The position numbers were made by a program, and so were the translations under genes. Under the pieces are notes generated by a model, which was not told the DNA's origin, did not search any database, and was given only the letters and a program-made list of their open reading frames with translations. From assembly GCA_000934665.2 (NCBI GenBank), contig JYFJ02003570.1, forward strand, positions 1-40,617: a stretch of DNA of 40,617 nucleotides, written 5' to 3'. Shown in pieces: positions 10,287 through 23,025 of this stretch. Each line of letters opens with the position of its first letter. Within the stretch, counting starts at the first letter, position 1. The stretch is from Catajapyx aquilonaris. Lineage: Eukaryota.

Positions 10287-11816
10287 CTTAATTTCTTCTA
10301 AAGCGATTAACCTGCACAACAGAGTGCAAAACATAATTATTGCTTGTTCAGTTGTTCATTACATTGGCCAATATATTGTAATTCCTCGCTCAATTTAAAT
10401 CCCAACGACAACAATAAGAGTTACAAAACGTGTAAGTCGTAGAATGGAGGCTACACTACCTTTTTTAAGAGTGGATATCCGTGGTCCGCCATCGTCAGAG
10501 CAGAGCAGGGAACAAGTGAACTGCCGTCAACCGAAGAGAAGCAAGCCCACCACCTTCCTCGTCCCCTTCAGTCGCTCGAATGATTCACACACGTGGTCCA
10601 AAACTCATGTTTCCAGTCCGTTTTCCTAACCAGAAGTTCATGCTGGCCTACTGTTTTTCCCTTTCTTTAAGACTCTTATCTTGGGACACCCCGGAGGCAC
10701 CTCTTTGAGCCGACTGGGGGAAGAAAAGACATAGGCAAGGCTGTCCAAGAATGCTAGAAATGACTGCATGGGTTTTCTCAACGGTTTTCTGAGGAGGCTT
10801 GGGGAGGAGGGGGGAAGGGGCAGGGAAAAGTAGAGTTGACTGCCTAGGCAAAGGCAACCAAAAATACGCAATATACCCATGTTGAAAAAATATAGCTAGC
10901 CGTCCTTTCCTCCGGTGTTAAATACATGGAAGTGTTGGACAGCCTGCGACGTCCTTGGGGGAGGGGGGAGTGGCTAAGTCGCATTATTTTTGTTGGTGTT
11001 TTGATTTTCGCCAAATGTTGCATTGGTATAGTGTTGGTTGGTGTGATTTGATTATTCTTTCTCATGAGTGGTTTTAAAGGTGGCGCTTGGTAAAATGTAT
11101 TTTATTTATACCAAGAGTTTATACATATTAAAAACTGCATTCAGTTGAGCTCTTGCCTGTCTTGTAATCAAAAGAAAGGCAAAGTTGGGAGTTTTATTTC
11201 ATTTTGTAAAAATTGGCAATAATAACTTCTTGGCAATAATCTGGACATAGCCTACTGTACGTAAGTACTGGGTTCTCAAGGAACGGGTTAAATTGGCTAC
11301 TTCGATTACGCGATGTTATTGAAAGTAGAAATACGACTGGGCGTTTTTAATCAGGATGTGTGCTTGAACTATGACGACATTAGTTTTAAAAAGTGCACTT
11401 GACGGAGTGAGAGTGTGCCAATTTCTTTTTGCACCACTATTTCACTGATTTTCATGTGTATACCAGGGATGGGACGAGTTTACGTGAGGAAGAGCTTTGG
11501 CAGATATCAACTTTTTTAAATATGAAAAAAAGTGAAAAATTGAAGATACCAGAGGAGCTTGGTTTCAGCGTCTTCTTGTCTGGAGCCTGCAACTTCACCA
11601 CGTGACTGCCAGGCATGTCACAAGTACAGGGTGTCCCACTATTTACTACCAGGCATTTCTTTAATAGCTTTAACACAAATGAAAATGTCGGAACGAAATT
11701 TGAACTGAACTAACCTGTGAGAAAGGAGACGGCATCACAACACTTGCTGGAAATGGAAAGTATCTAGAATCTAGATTGCTTATTGAATGGCAGTGACTCA
11801 ATAATAATATACATAT

Positions 11817-12805
11817 TTATTCGCGAAACTCAGAAAAACAGAGGGAAGCATTTGTTCCGCCAAACCCAAATGAGTTTTTTAAAGCCACTCGTTTCTTCCC
11901 CTCCGGAGGCTCCCAGCGCCTCCCTTGCAAAACCAAATCAAGCTCTATACCTTCCCCGGCTTTCTCTACGTTGATGGAGGGAGGTAGGAAACCAGTGTGA
12001 CATGCCATGATTGCCACAATGCTCTCCACACTCCCTGCTGCTCCCAGTAGATGTCCCAATGCTCCCTTTGTTGAAGACACAGGCACTGAACCACCCAACA
12101 ATCCTTTAATGGCTGTTGCCTCAGCTCTATCCCCTAATAGTGTTGATGTGGCATGAGCATTCACATACCCAATATCATTTGCACCAACACATGCATCACG
12201 CATTGCTGCAGTCATACATCTCAGAGCACCAGACCCATCACCCCGAGCCGCAGTTAAATGATGTGCATCACCAGACAAACCGTACCCTATAACTTCAGCA
12301 TATATTTTAGCACCACGAGTCAGAGCATGATCCATCTCTTCCAAAAGCATTACACCAGAACCTTCACCCATCACAAATCCATCCCTCCGATGATCAAATG
12401 GACGTGAAGAGAGATTGGGGTCAGAATTAAAGTCACAGCTGAGTGCCCTTGCACGACAAAAAGCTGCCACACTCAAAGGTGATATGCATGATTCTGTTGC
12501 ACCACATAACATGGCAAGTGCATCGCCTCGCTGAACTAATCTGAACGCATCTCCAATTGCATGGCTACCAGTGGCACACGCGGTAGACACACAGTGATTG
12601 GGGCCTCGGAGGTGGTGTCGGATTGATATTTGTCCTGCAGCCAGGTTTGGAAGAATCCGTGGGACAAAGTATGGACTGAGGCGATTATAGCTGCGTTTAA
12701 GGGCAGCATCGCTGGCAATAATGTCCTCCAGATCTACCATACCCACGCCAACTGCAACACCAGTTGCATCACAGTCCTCATCAGACTCAGGGTGCCAGTT
12801 TGCAT
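11817..12805 (-). CDS. OXSM: 3-oxoacyl-[ACP] synthase, mitochondrial (KAS II/FabF family), last coding exon
   Basis: Acceptor aacag|AT (phase 1). Catalytic Cys in STACATG, His in NAHATST, His in KGALGHLLGAAG; RDGFVMGEG and NSFGFGGTNASL motifs; stop at 11817. Confidence 0.97.
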
Positions 12806-13060
12806 CTGTTGGTTCAAATTGATGCATCCAATAAGATGGTGTTATTGAGAACACAACTACAGTTAGGTGGCAAAAATGCCAATCAAATTATGTTACTGTT
12901 TCAAGCTTCTCCATTGATAACATTCAATAACATGCTATTTCTTTCAGTCAATAAGACCTAGCCTACCCAAGGATAATTGAATGATCAATTCCAACGTTGC
13001 CTTCATGCAAAACTAATTACATTGCAGAGGTACTCATAGTATTTAATTGGACCTGCATAC

Positions 13061-13424
13061 CTGCAAGAGCTTCATCAGCAGCCACAATGGCATTGGCAGT
13101 TGCTAAAGACATAGTCCTGAGATCAGCATCACTGAGATGGGTCGACAGATCCAGCTGGCCTTCTTCCTTGCCCCTAGGCACATACCCAGCCACTCGGCAT
13201 GGCAGGCGATCAAATCTCTCGCCTTCCAGTTTGCCAATCCCACACTCTCCATTCAAGACTCGCTTCCAAAGCTGGGCAGCCCCACATCCCAAGGGTGTCA
13301 CTGAACCCAAACCTGTCACCACAACTCGTTTTGATGAAGTGTGGACTGTCCGTGAAATATTTGTCCATACACAGCGACATGTTGTGAGGGAAATATGACG
13401 CAGCATCATGGATGTTACGTACAT
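13061..13424 (-). CDS. OXSM: OXSM first coding exon (mitochondrial presequence plus ketoacyl synthase N-terminus)
   Basis: R/S/T-rich, acid-free N-terminus followed by KRVVVTGLGSVTPLG. Donor GCAG|gtatgc; the 255-nt intron 12806-13060 joins to DEALAD-ANWHPES; total ~450 aa. Confidence 0.93.
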
Positions 13425-13521
13425 CACGTATCTAAAAATCCCAGGAACTTCAATTAATATGATTAATTAACATAATATATAATATGATGAATAATATAGA
13501 TAATGAGAAATTAACACGTAC

Positions 13522-13783
13522 TTTCAGGTAAGCCGCCACAAGGACTGTAAAAGCAATGTCGACATTATGACAAAAATATCCTACTCTCTGTGGTACGTTC
13601 AAAACTAATTATGCAATGTTTATTAACACAAGGCTATTCAAATTAAGAACCGGAACGTTTTAGCGCTTATATTATATTTTATGTGTAAATATTGAGCTGT
13701 TGAGCTTGACTTGCACCAAACGTTTTAAAAAGTGAAAGTACACAGGAAGTAGGAGGAGGCGTGTAGTTTATCTCAAACTTGCG
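13522..13783. promoter_or_regulatory. Putative bidirectional promoter and 5' exons for OXSM (-) and HIRIP3-like (+)
   Basis: Divergent donors: minus-strand gtacgt at 13521 and plus-strand gtaggt at 13784. ETS-type ccggaa (13650) and caggaagt (13743) motifs lie between them. Confidence 0.5.
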
Positions 13784-15678
13784 GTAGGTTTGGGTTTATT
13801 ACGCATTATTTTAATTCAGTTTTGTACTGAAACGTATTAAATATTTCCTGCCTGATTGCAGTACACTGAATATGCGTTAATCACCGACAGAATGAGTGGT
13901 AGAAATTCGCTTGAGGTGGCAACGCCAGCGCAGAGTACCCGGGAATAGGACCAAGGACACGTCCGTCGTTTGGTCCTTGACAAGAGATACGGGTTTTGTG
14001 GGCCAACAACCGGACTACGTGGACCCATCTGGCCGGCAGAAATACCAGAATCAACTGTCACATCCAGGCAGCGACAGACACTAAGGTGGGTGTGAGTTGG
14101 TGAGCTCTAGTCATTGGCATCTCTCAAGCCTAGTATGGCCACATGTCACTGCGCAGTCCATTTGCTGCAAGTTTCCAACTGAGCTGTGGTCCACCAGCAC
14201 TTTGAAACAAGTGGAGGATTTTGTCCATGGGAATGCCTAATAGTGTGTTAGAGTGATTTGGTGAAGTTACATGACATATAAGGAAAATGTGATTTGCACT
14301 ATAATTCCTGATAGTTGCAACCGAGAAACCTAGGAAAGATCAGGGCTGATGGTTGGCTGCAGGATTAGAAACTGCAGGACCTAAATTGCAACCTATTGTT
14401 TACTAATAGAAAAGCAGTCTTCAACCTGGTCTTCCATGGAAGTCCAGTGTTTCATGGGCTTGTCTGAAGAGTTTTGCAAAGGCAATTAATAGGAGTAGTA
14501 GCTGATTTATTAATTCAAGAAATATACTGATACGTGATACACATTCCAGAACTTCAGCTACAGAAATTACAGGCAAGTAGCCCTGCCATCTGTTATTATA
14601 GATATTAATGTTATTACAAGGATTTATTGCATAACATTGTGCTAAATATTTCTGAAGGCAATAGGGAGTTCACTGAGAAGGAAAAAGTTGAAGATGACTG
14701 CACTGGTGAATCACTCATTACAGAAGCTAGCAATGGAATGTAGGCTGAGATACCACGAAAAGTATCAAAATTCAAAGGGAAAATGTATACAACTTATGAG
14801 ACAAGGCTAGCCAATCCAGTACTTCAGTAACCAACAACAACAATGATAATGTCCGAGTAGTAAACGTAATGTCTGAGTCTGCAGGGGTGAGTGGAGGGAA
14901 GTGTGGGGTGAATTATTTTGTTGTACAGTCATTTAAATGTTCACCTGGGTTCGTTCCACTGGAGTACACCAGTAAATAAATGTGTTTCCCATTTCATATA
15001 TTATGATCATGCAGCATCATAGAGCTAATCTGGGTACTCTATGGCTCTATGCAATACGTACATATGCAAAACTGAGGTTGGCTCTGGGCCAAATCAGCTC
15101 AAACTTTTCTTTTGCAAGGCTAATCCTGGGCCAGAATGCAATACAGTGAGTCATGTTATCTGTGAGTAATTGGTTGCAAGCACCCCTTCCCAGAGATTTA
15201 GTTAAATCTGCTGATAAGTGATAATATGTGATGGAAACGCATATATGATAAGTTTGAATTACATATTATATGGATTTAAGACATGAACAAACGCAATTAA
15301 CAGCAAATAATGCAGTACTGTCCTGTAATTATAACTGCTGGATTTTTAAACTGAATGTTTTCATTTAATAATTAATATTTTCCAACGATGGATAACTGAA
15401 ACCTGCAGATAATGGGTTCACTGTATTATCAGGTTGGGCTCACATTTCTTGTACCTGCAACACTTATCTTTTTCAAGTGGATCATATTATCATGTATGTG
15501 ATTCTGAACTCTTAGTTGTCGGTGTAGTGTTTCAACACGTGTGGTCATTAATGACGTGATGAAAGTGATTTCTTTATAATGTTGAAATTATCAACAATAT
15601 TATGCACTTTCATAGCATGCATTATTATCATTGTTGCCATGTGCAAAAGTAACTTGAAGGAAATGTTTCAGGTTTAAA

Positions 15679-16896
15679 ATGAGTGACAGCGATGATGATT
15701 GTGGTGCAGCTAGCACTCCTTCACGAGAGAACGGGAATCGTCGTCGGATGATAAGCAGTAGCAGTGAGGATGGGGATGCCGACAGGAGAAGCATTGGGTC
15801 GTCAGAGGAGGAGCTGTCCCTCAAAGAAGTGACTCTTAATGACAAAGGAAAGACAGTCAGCTCAGATAGTGATGGTGGGTCTGGTGGCAATGGCAACAAA
15901 AGTGATGATAGTGATGACATGCCACTCTCCCGGGTAAAAAGAGAGGAATCAAGCAGTGATGAGGGAGTTGACAGGAAGCGGAAGAGGTCACCCCAGGCTG
16001 AAGACAAGATCCAAATGAAGAGGGCTAGAAACAAGTCAGCCAGCTCAGGTGATGAGGAAATCACTGAAGAAAATGACAATGACTTAGCCAAGAGAAGCCT
16101 GAAGGCAAAGGGTGGAATAAAGAAGAATGGCCACAAAGCAGGCAATAAGGACAGTTCTGAGAGTGAAAGTGAAGAAGAAAAGCAAAAGAAGGCAACTTCT
16201 GACAGTGACAGCGAAGAGGAGCAGGTAAAAGGTTCAATTTCTCCCAAAGGTGTCAGCAAGAAAAAGGCAAGTTCTGACAGTGACAGTGAAGAGGAGGAGC
16301 CAAAAAAGTCAGTTGCCTCCAAACCTAAAGGTATCCAGAAGCAAAAGGCAAGTTCTGACAGTGACAGTGAAGAAGAGCAACCAAAGAAGTCAGTTATTCG
16401 CAAACCTAAAGGTGTCAGGAAGCAAAAGACTTCCGCTAAAGGTTCTGACAGTGACAGTGAAGAGGAGCTGCCTAAGAAGTCAGTTTCCCGGAAATCTAAA
16501 GGTGTCAGGAAGGAGAAGAAGGCAATTTCTGATCATATGAAACGTCAGCCAAAGAAACCTGTTACACAAAAAACGAGGGGTATCAAGAAGGAAAAGAAGC
16601 CTAATTCTGACAGTGACACTGAAGAAATGAAGAGCAAGACGTCTGGTGCAAATCCTCGGGTAGTTGGAAAAGAGGCTGGGTTCAAACAAGAAGTGGATGA
16701 TTCAGAATCTGCAAGTGGTGATGATGAGGTCCAAAAGAAAGAAAAATCACCTACAAGCAACGGAAAATCTGCTAAAGCATCAGATAGCAATTCTGATTCT
16801 GATGAAGAAAAAATACAAACCAAGAAGGAAGACAATGACTCGGGCAGTGATAGTTCTGATGATGGTGATAAAAATACAAGCAAAGAGAAGAAAAGC
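15679..16896 (+). CDS. HIRIP3: HIRA-interacting protein 3-like, coding exon 1 (Ser/Asp/Glu/Lys-rich)
   Basis: Acceptor tttcag| at 15671, ATG at 15679, donor AGC|gtaagt; 406 codons of charged low-complexity sequence. Confidence 0.85.
16190..16630 (+). repeat. Coding tandem repeat, 75-90 nt units (SDSDSEEE..PKKS..KPKG..)
   Basis: gacagtgaca cores at 16201, 16276, 16357, 16447 and 16609, plus a degenerate unit at ~16530. Confidence 0.85.
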
Positions 16897-16958
16897 GTAA
16901 GTGTTATGATAATTTCTTGTGCTTCCTTGATACTAATAAGTCTGTCTTGCAATTGCAG

Positions 16959-17115
16959 AACCCAGATGATGACCCAAAAATTAAGCGCCTGAAGCGGATG
17001 ATAAACACAGCAGGAATTCACATTCGCAGCTACCCGAAGTTGTGGGACAACTGCCGTACAAAAAAGGCTAAGGTCCAGAAACTCATTGATGTGCTGGAGG
17101 AAAATGGGTTAAAAG
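16959..17115 (+). CDS. HIRIP3: HIRIP3-like, coding exon 2
   Basis: ttgcag|AAC...AAAG|gttcgt; DDPKIKRLKRMINTAGIHIRSYPKLWDNCRTKKAKVQKLIDVLEENGLKG matches the conserved HIRIP3 C-terminal region. Confidence 0.88.
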
Positions 17116-17591
17116 GTTCGTTGCAACTTTAAAATTAGTTTTCCTAAGCATAGGAATAATTTTTGGTGCAAAGTAATGAGTACAAAATATTTGCAACTAG
17201 AGACACCTTATCAAGGTAATTGTGACAACAGAATAAGGTGGAAATCTTACAGCCAATTACTCGAATTCTGCAACAGCTGGTTCCACAGCCTATCCTCCCA
17301 GAGTAACTGAGTGTACTGTAATTGGAGTTAAAAGCCAGAAAAAACTTGACCTTTCACAAATAGGGGGGGAGGGGTCAAAATTTTAACGAGTGGATGAAAA
17401 TTTGTGAAATAATTTCAATGGTATCCCTCCCTTACAAAATATTCAAAGTAACTTAAATATGACATATCTGACTGTGAGATCTGCACATTTTGAATTTGGT
17501 TTATGAATGTAGTAATCTAAAAATATTCCTAGAGACCAGCAATTACACATATAGGTTCAGCCCCACGCAACTTCTACGATACTGTAGGATT

Positions 17592-17756
17592 GATATAAGA
17601 GTCTGCCAGCCTGGGAATTTGGCGCTGGCATCGCTCATTGGGGCTACTGGGGGGAGCTGGCTGCCAGACTCATTCATGTGGCTGGTTGCGAATCTACGGA
17701 ATGGTGTTGAGGGTGCCCCAGTGAGCGACGCCAGCGTCAGCGCAGACTCTAATATC
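17592..17756. mobile_element. Inverted-repeat element (MITE-like) in a HIRIP3 intron
   Basis: gatataagagtctgc..tggcgctggcatcgctcattggggc versus gccccagtgagcgacgccagcgtca..gcagactctaatatc. Confidence 0.55.
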
Positions 17757-18083
17757 ACACTACCGTCACCATAACAAAGGGGTGGGAGTTGTGTGGGGCT
17801 GCCTAGGTTCATATATGTCACGCAAGAAAGTGGTAAATCTTGCCATTTATTGAATGACACAGCTAGACTTGAGTGGCACATGAGTTTGAAATTCAAAGTC
17901 ATTTCCCTCTTCGGTCTTAAACCGGACACAATGTGTTGGTTGCATAGGGATTGGTAAAATGATGGTTGATCCACACCCATGTGAAATAATGGATTTCCAT
18001 GGGATTAGTGGGTTTGAAACTTCTGGACTACCTTGTAAGTTAGGTATCTAAAAAAATTGAAATTGCTGTATTTTTATCATCAG

Positions 18084-18185
18084 GAAAGCCAACTCTGGAG
18101 AAGTGCAGGAAGTTGAAGAAGAAACGTGAAAGAGCCCAAGAAATTGCTGAATTGGATTTGGGCAACATTATTGACAGCACTGAAG
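18084..18185 (+). CDS. HIRIP3: HIRIP3-like, coding exon 3 (CHZ histone-chaperone motif)
   Basis: catcag|GA...GAAG|gtgagt; KPTLEKCRKLKKKRERAQEIAELDLGNIIDSTEG. Confidence 0.9.
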
Positions 18186-18276
18186 GTGAGTACAGTCCAT
18201 GTTTATTTGTGGATCCCAAGATTATTTGGCTCATTGTGGAATTATAATCCCGTTACTCGTGTTTTCCTCGTTGCAG

Positions 18277-18404
18277 GTCGCAGCAGACGTAGTGGAAGAA
18301 GCTTATATGCCAGTAAAGGGTCCATGCAACCTAAGGTGGCTGAGGAATCGAAGCAGATGTATTCCAGAATTAAGTCACTGGTGGATTCAGAGAGCGATTC
18401 ATAA
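18277..18404 (+). CDS. HIRIP3: HIRIP3-like, final coding exon
   Basis: ttgcag|GT; GRSRR...YSRIKSLVDSESDS*. Spliced CDS is 1605 nt = 534 aa. Confidence 0.88.
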
Positions 18405-18929
18405 TTCAAAATTGTTGGTCAAAGAAGTCAACAAATCATAAGGTGTCATGTACTACAGGAAACTTTATTTTCCTTTATGCTAATTCTTAGTGTCTTTTCT
18501 AGACTATACATCATGATGTAACAGTACAAAGCGTAAAGGCTGGTTTATATTCCATTGTAATGGCCATGTAGTATGGGGAGATAAGAATGCAAGTGGTGTA
18601 TACTTCTGAAATGGCCTTCTCCCCTCGCCACTTCTGCTGCTTACAAGCACTGTCATACAGTAGTTTGTAAAGTTCTGATACATTTTCCAACCTTTTTATC
18701 ATGCATTTGACCACCTTGCCTATGTCCATAGAACTGCGCAGTTTCTATATGAGAATACCAATGCTGGTTTTAGTCTGGAATTTTGCCTCCGAACTGTTTG
18801 TTGTGACAAGCACAGTCTGCCTCGGTCTGCCTAGACCAGCCCCCTGACACTTCTACCCAGCTTCTACCCCAGCCATATGGAGACCCCCATGGATCTGAGC
18901 TCGGCCACCTGCAGGGAGGGGCAGTTGCC

Positions 18930-18980
<51 letters not shown>
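18930..18980 (+). repeat. (AAT)~17 microsatellite, possibly the tail of a retroelement at ~18780-18929
   Basis: Perfect AAT run directly after a GC-rich segment. Confidence 0.9.
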
Positions 18981-18981
<1 letters not shown>

Positions 18982-19145
18982 TAGGCCCTAATAATATCCA
19001 GGTAGTGCTTGGCCTCTCAGCATGTAGCACGGACCTTTATTTGTACGATGTACATATTTGGAACCTAATTATTGAAGCGCCCGGGCCCACAGGCAGGATG
19101 ACAGGAGGGGATGTGCAAGGTGCAGTGCTATGTCCTTGTGTGGCC

Positions 19146-19305
19146 TAGTTGCCAATTAGGTGCTGTTGTCACTCCACAGTTCCTAAGGTGGTTCTGGTGG
19201 ACAACTCTGCAGTGTGCTCCGTATCCAGCTGCAGTGCAAAGAGTCGTCTGCAGGAACCACCTTAGGAACTGTGGATCAATACCAGCACCAAATTGGAAGC
19301 AACTA
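19146..19305. repeat. ~160-bp imperfect inverted repeat (hairpin or MITE)
   Basis: tccacagttcctaaggtggttc pairs with gaaccaccttaggaactgtgga; outer arms tagttg...caacta. Confidence 0.7.
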
Positions 19306-22300
19306 AACTCACAGAAAAGGAAAGGGAGTGTCCGAACCGGAGTATTATAATCCTGTGGCCTAGGCACAAAGCTGTGGATTCATTGTTGGACATTGCAGCA
19401 CTCCTACTCATCTCTCTCCCTGCTAGAGGGTCATGCTTGTCACAACCATGTTTTTTACCTTCCATTATGTTTTTTTAAATAAATGTTGATGAAGGTGCCC
19501 CGCACTAACCATATCTGTCAACCAATATTTGGTTTGGTCTGGAAGTATGTCTTCCAAGTCTTTGACAGGTATGTCTGGATTAGTGGAGCTCAGCACAGTG
19601 TCAGTTTCAATCGGTCATAGGAGTCACTGTTAAGTTGGAAGTTTTCCTATCTCTTGGAGTAGCACAGAGAGTTAATATTCATGGTGGAAAGGGGCTATAT
19701 TATTGAATTTTTCAATAGCTTAGGCTCAAAATCATTGAAAGAGGTCCTTATGTGTAAACCAGCCGTGAGACATATACTGGGTGGTTGAAGAGACATATTA
19801 TTATATCAAAGGGAATTATGATTGTGGTTTATTTTTTTCAATGATATGACTGAAAGTCATAATGACACCAGGTGTGTGATAGAGCAATGATTCTACTGTG
19901 AGATGTTTTTTTGAGTTTACAGCTGCCTGCTAAGGAATTCACACATGTGCAAGAAGTGGAAATTAATTTTTGTAAGAACCTTGGCAAAGAACCTAGGAGT
20001 TTGTTTTTAACCTCAACACAGAAGGCCAGTTTAGAGCAGCTTTCATGACATCCCACCTGATTGACCTTCAGCCTTATCTCAGAATGATGCATTTTTGACA
20101 TTTTTGAGCACTCCAGATCTAGGGGAATCAAATCGGGAGTGGAAAAATCGCAATAATTATTTCTGAAGATTAGGATCATACTGCTTCCTTCCTGAGTATG
20201 TTTACAATTTTAGTGCAAGGAAAACTTTACCTAAAGTAAATTCAACTTAAATTAGTAGTGAGTTGTCATGCCATGTTTATTTTATCATCATATCAAATTC
20301 ATGGCAAGTGACAATGCAGCGTCTTTATTGCAATATGATTGTTATTTTACAGTAGGTGATCCAAATTGGGTTGGATTCAGAAAAGACAGTAGGTGGGTAC
20401 TGCATTTCAAAGAAAGATGGGTAGTAGCCCAGTTATTTTCATGTCTGATGTCACTGCTCTCGGTGTGTGTCAGTATTTCATTGATATATGATCTTGATCT
20501 ACTCCTTTGTTTATGTGAGATTATTTTGTGCCATTTTGTCATTCTCAATTTTGTACATTATTATGGAAAATGAAATAGGAAGACCTGTTAAATTGTTGAA
20601 CAATGGATGCTTTTCAGGCCATTCTGTCTGTGTACCAGTGTTTGTATTGTAAAAAGCTGCCCAGACAGTTTTTATCCAATGACTTGCTTAAAATTTGTAA
20701 TGCTGTACTCATAAAAATATACCTTATCTAGCAGTAGACTGCAGCAGATATATGATACTGTTTATTTTTCTTCCTTTTCCCACACATTGGCTGCAAACTG
20801 CACACATGGTTGGCTGATGGGAAGGAAAGGAGGCAGGGGTCGGATTCCCCTGCACATATTTTTAAAATTCCTGACAAATTCTGGAAACACTTGACAATAT
20901 AGGGGCCAGTTGTAAAATACAAATTAGCAGAATCTCCAGTTACCGTATGTGTAGTGCCCAAATTGCATAACGACAATAATAACACCATCAAGACATTTCC
21001 ATATAAGAGGTAGTCCGCAATGAAGGGAGACGCAAGTTAACCCCACATATGAACTAAATGAACTTTTAAATTAAGCTTAAGTTGTGTGCATAACCAAAGA
21101 TTATTGGAGATTGACAGGTTTCCTCATTGGTGTTGATACAACGTGAACACAAATGAGTGATCTAGTGTTCACTAGCCTGCTAATCAGCAAAGGCGGAACA
21201 CGAGACATCTTTCTACCCTGCATGTATGCAACAAAGAAGTTGTAGGTGTACCTAACACCTAAGTATGATATGTACTCTTCTACCTGCGAACATATTTTTC
21301 AGGCTAATCTAGATTCATCAGGTTGCCGTGTGCTGGAAACAATCTTGAAACAACAAATTGCATATATGTTTTTGTCCAAAGCAGGAAAATATGAGACCTG
21401 ATGCAACTCAACTTGGCAGAAGGAGTTATGTCCAGTTCCTTCTAGTAAACAGATAAGAAAAGTGAAGGACCTCGTAATAGCAGACATGTCCTTAGCAGCC
21501 GCAAATGAAAAGTGTGCATACCTGATGATCACAATCCCACTTTTTCCTCCTAAAATCCTGAAACAAACATCCTGAACATGTACGGTGTGCAGAACTCAAG
21601 TTATTATTAATCATCCACTGCCATGTGAAATAACTGTTTCAGGAAAGAGGCCCGTTGTAGCGATGGGATGGGAAAATATTTGTCCGAGAGTGAAGTTTGG
21701 GAAAGAATGTGTGTACCTTGATGGTCGCATCAGATGAAGCAAGGCCAGATTTTGGGGCGTGGGGGGGGGGGNNNNNNGGGGGTGCTATGGGTTAAAAGCA
21801 GTATTGTGTTCCACTTCTGTCCCTTATGCAGGCCATCAACAGATCAAGGTTCTTAGTAACACCTGCCCATAGTTGAGACACTAGGTTATCCAAAAATCTG
21901 CAAAATAATGTGTATGCTGTAATGAGAAGAGACGATTAGTTACGGACCGTTTAGCAAACGTGACATATTTGTGACGAGCTCATGTATAAGCCATGCACAG
22001 AATCAGACTGCGAATCCATACGGGAAAAGAAAAGAAAACCGTTGCTCCTAAGGACACGCTCGGCTTTGCATCGCGAACTATGTAATTCATGTTTTACAAT
22101 TATTGACTACCGTACCTGCCGAGAGAATTTATTGCAATTTGACAAGAAACGGAATGTCCTGTTATGATTGGGCTATACCGAACTGATAGTTTCGGTATTA
22201 TTTGCAAATTTTTGGTAGAATAGTTTGATCACACCAATAGTGACCCACTGGCCAAACTTTACATACTTTTTCTACCAAAGTGGAGAAAGGTGTGCGTGTT

Positions 22301-22914
22301 GAAGATGGGCTTGGAAAGATGTGTTCTCACACAGAAAAGGAGGCGCGTTTTGTAAATTGGCGACTTGCGAGTTAAGTCTGGAGGCCAAGGTGGTGCAGGT
22401 CACGGTGGAAAGGTTGTACACATTTATAAAATGTTAAAGGTCCTTTTTAAGGGTCGTTGTCTCCTGTTGTTAAGTTGTACATAAGTGGGTCGTGCACATT
22501 TCAAGTTCTATTTATGTCCGGTACTAAATTTATGGATCTTGTTACTGAGAATGCACGAGCACCATTTTTAAACTTTAATTGGCATGTTGAAGGACACTTG
22601 CCAAGAAACTTCTGCTTACAAACATTTCTCAGAAAATCCTGTGTGTACAGGAGCTAGGAAACATGTCCGGCGGCATGTATACACACCGGTTGGTTATATA
22701 GAAAGAACAACAACAACAAAAAAAAAAATGATTGAATGGCAGGGGAAATGCACCTTGCTGCTATGCTGGCACCTGGTGGCTGACTCTATCAACCGAGTAG
22801 CCCACTTTAACCATTGGATGGAGGCAGTTGAGCTTTGGCGGCCTACCTGCAAAGTGGCTCATCGGACTCACTGCATGGATTCTGCCGGAATCACATCATA
22901 CAGGTATGCTCATC

Positions 22915-23025
22915 TCATTCAATTTGATGAAAAGTGTGTGCATCTGATTCAATTTATTGCAAAGTGTGCTCTTGTGATTCAGCTGCAAAGTGTGCTGTGT
23001 AATTCAGCTGCAAAGTGTGCTCATA
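22915..23025 (+). repeat. Degenerate 25-30 bp minisatellite (attca..gcaaagtgtgct)
   Basis: Four aaagtgtg cores, each preceded by attca. Confidence 0.65.

Noticed and set aside
12997..13398. Plus-strand 133-aa ORF
   Set aside because: Antisense shadow of the OXSM exon with no recognisable features.
11817..13424. Bacterial fabF acquired by horizontal transfer or contamination
   Set aside because: It has a GT-AG intron, a presequence-like N-terminus and eukaryotic neighbours; this is ordinary OXSM.
15600..17021. Long antisense ORFs (267 aa, 158 aa)
   Set aside because: Shadows of the low-complexity HIRIP3-like exon.
18770..19030. Signal-peptide-like poly-Leu ORF
   Set aside because: The Leu run is just the (AAT)n microsatellite read on the minus strand.
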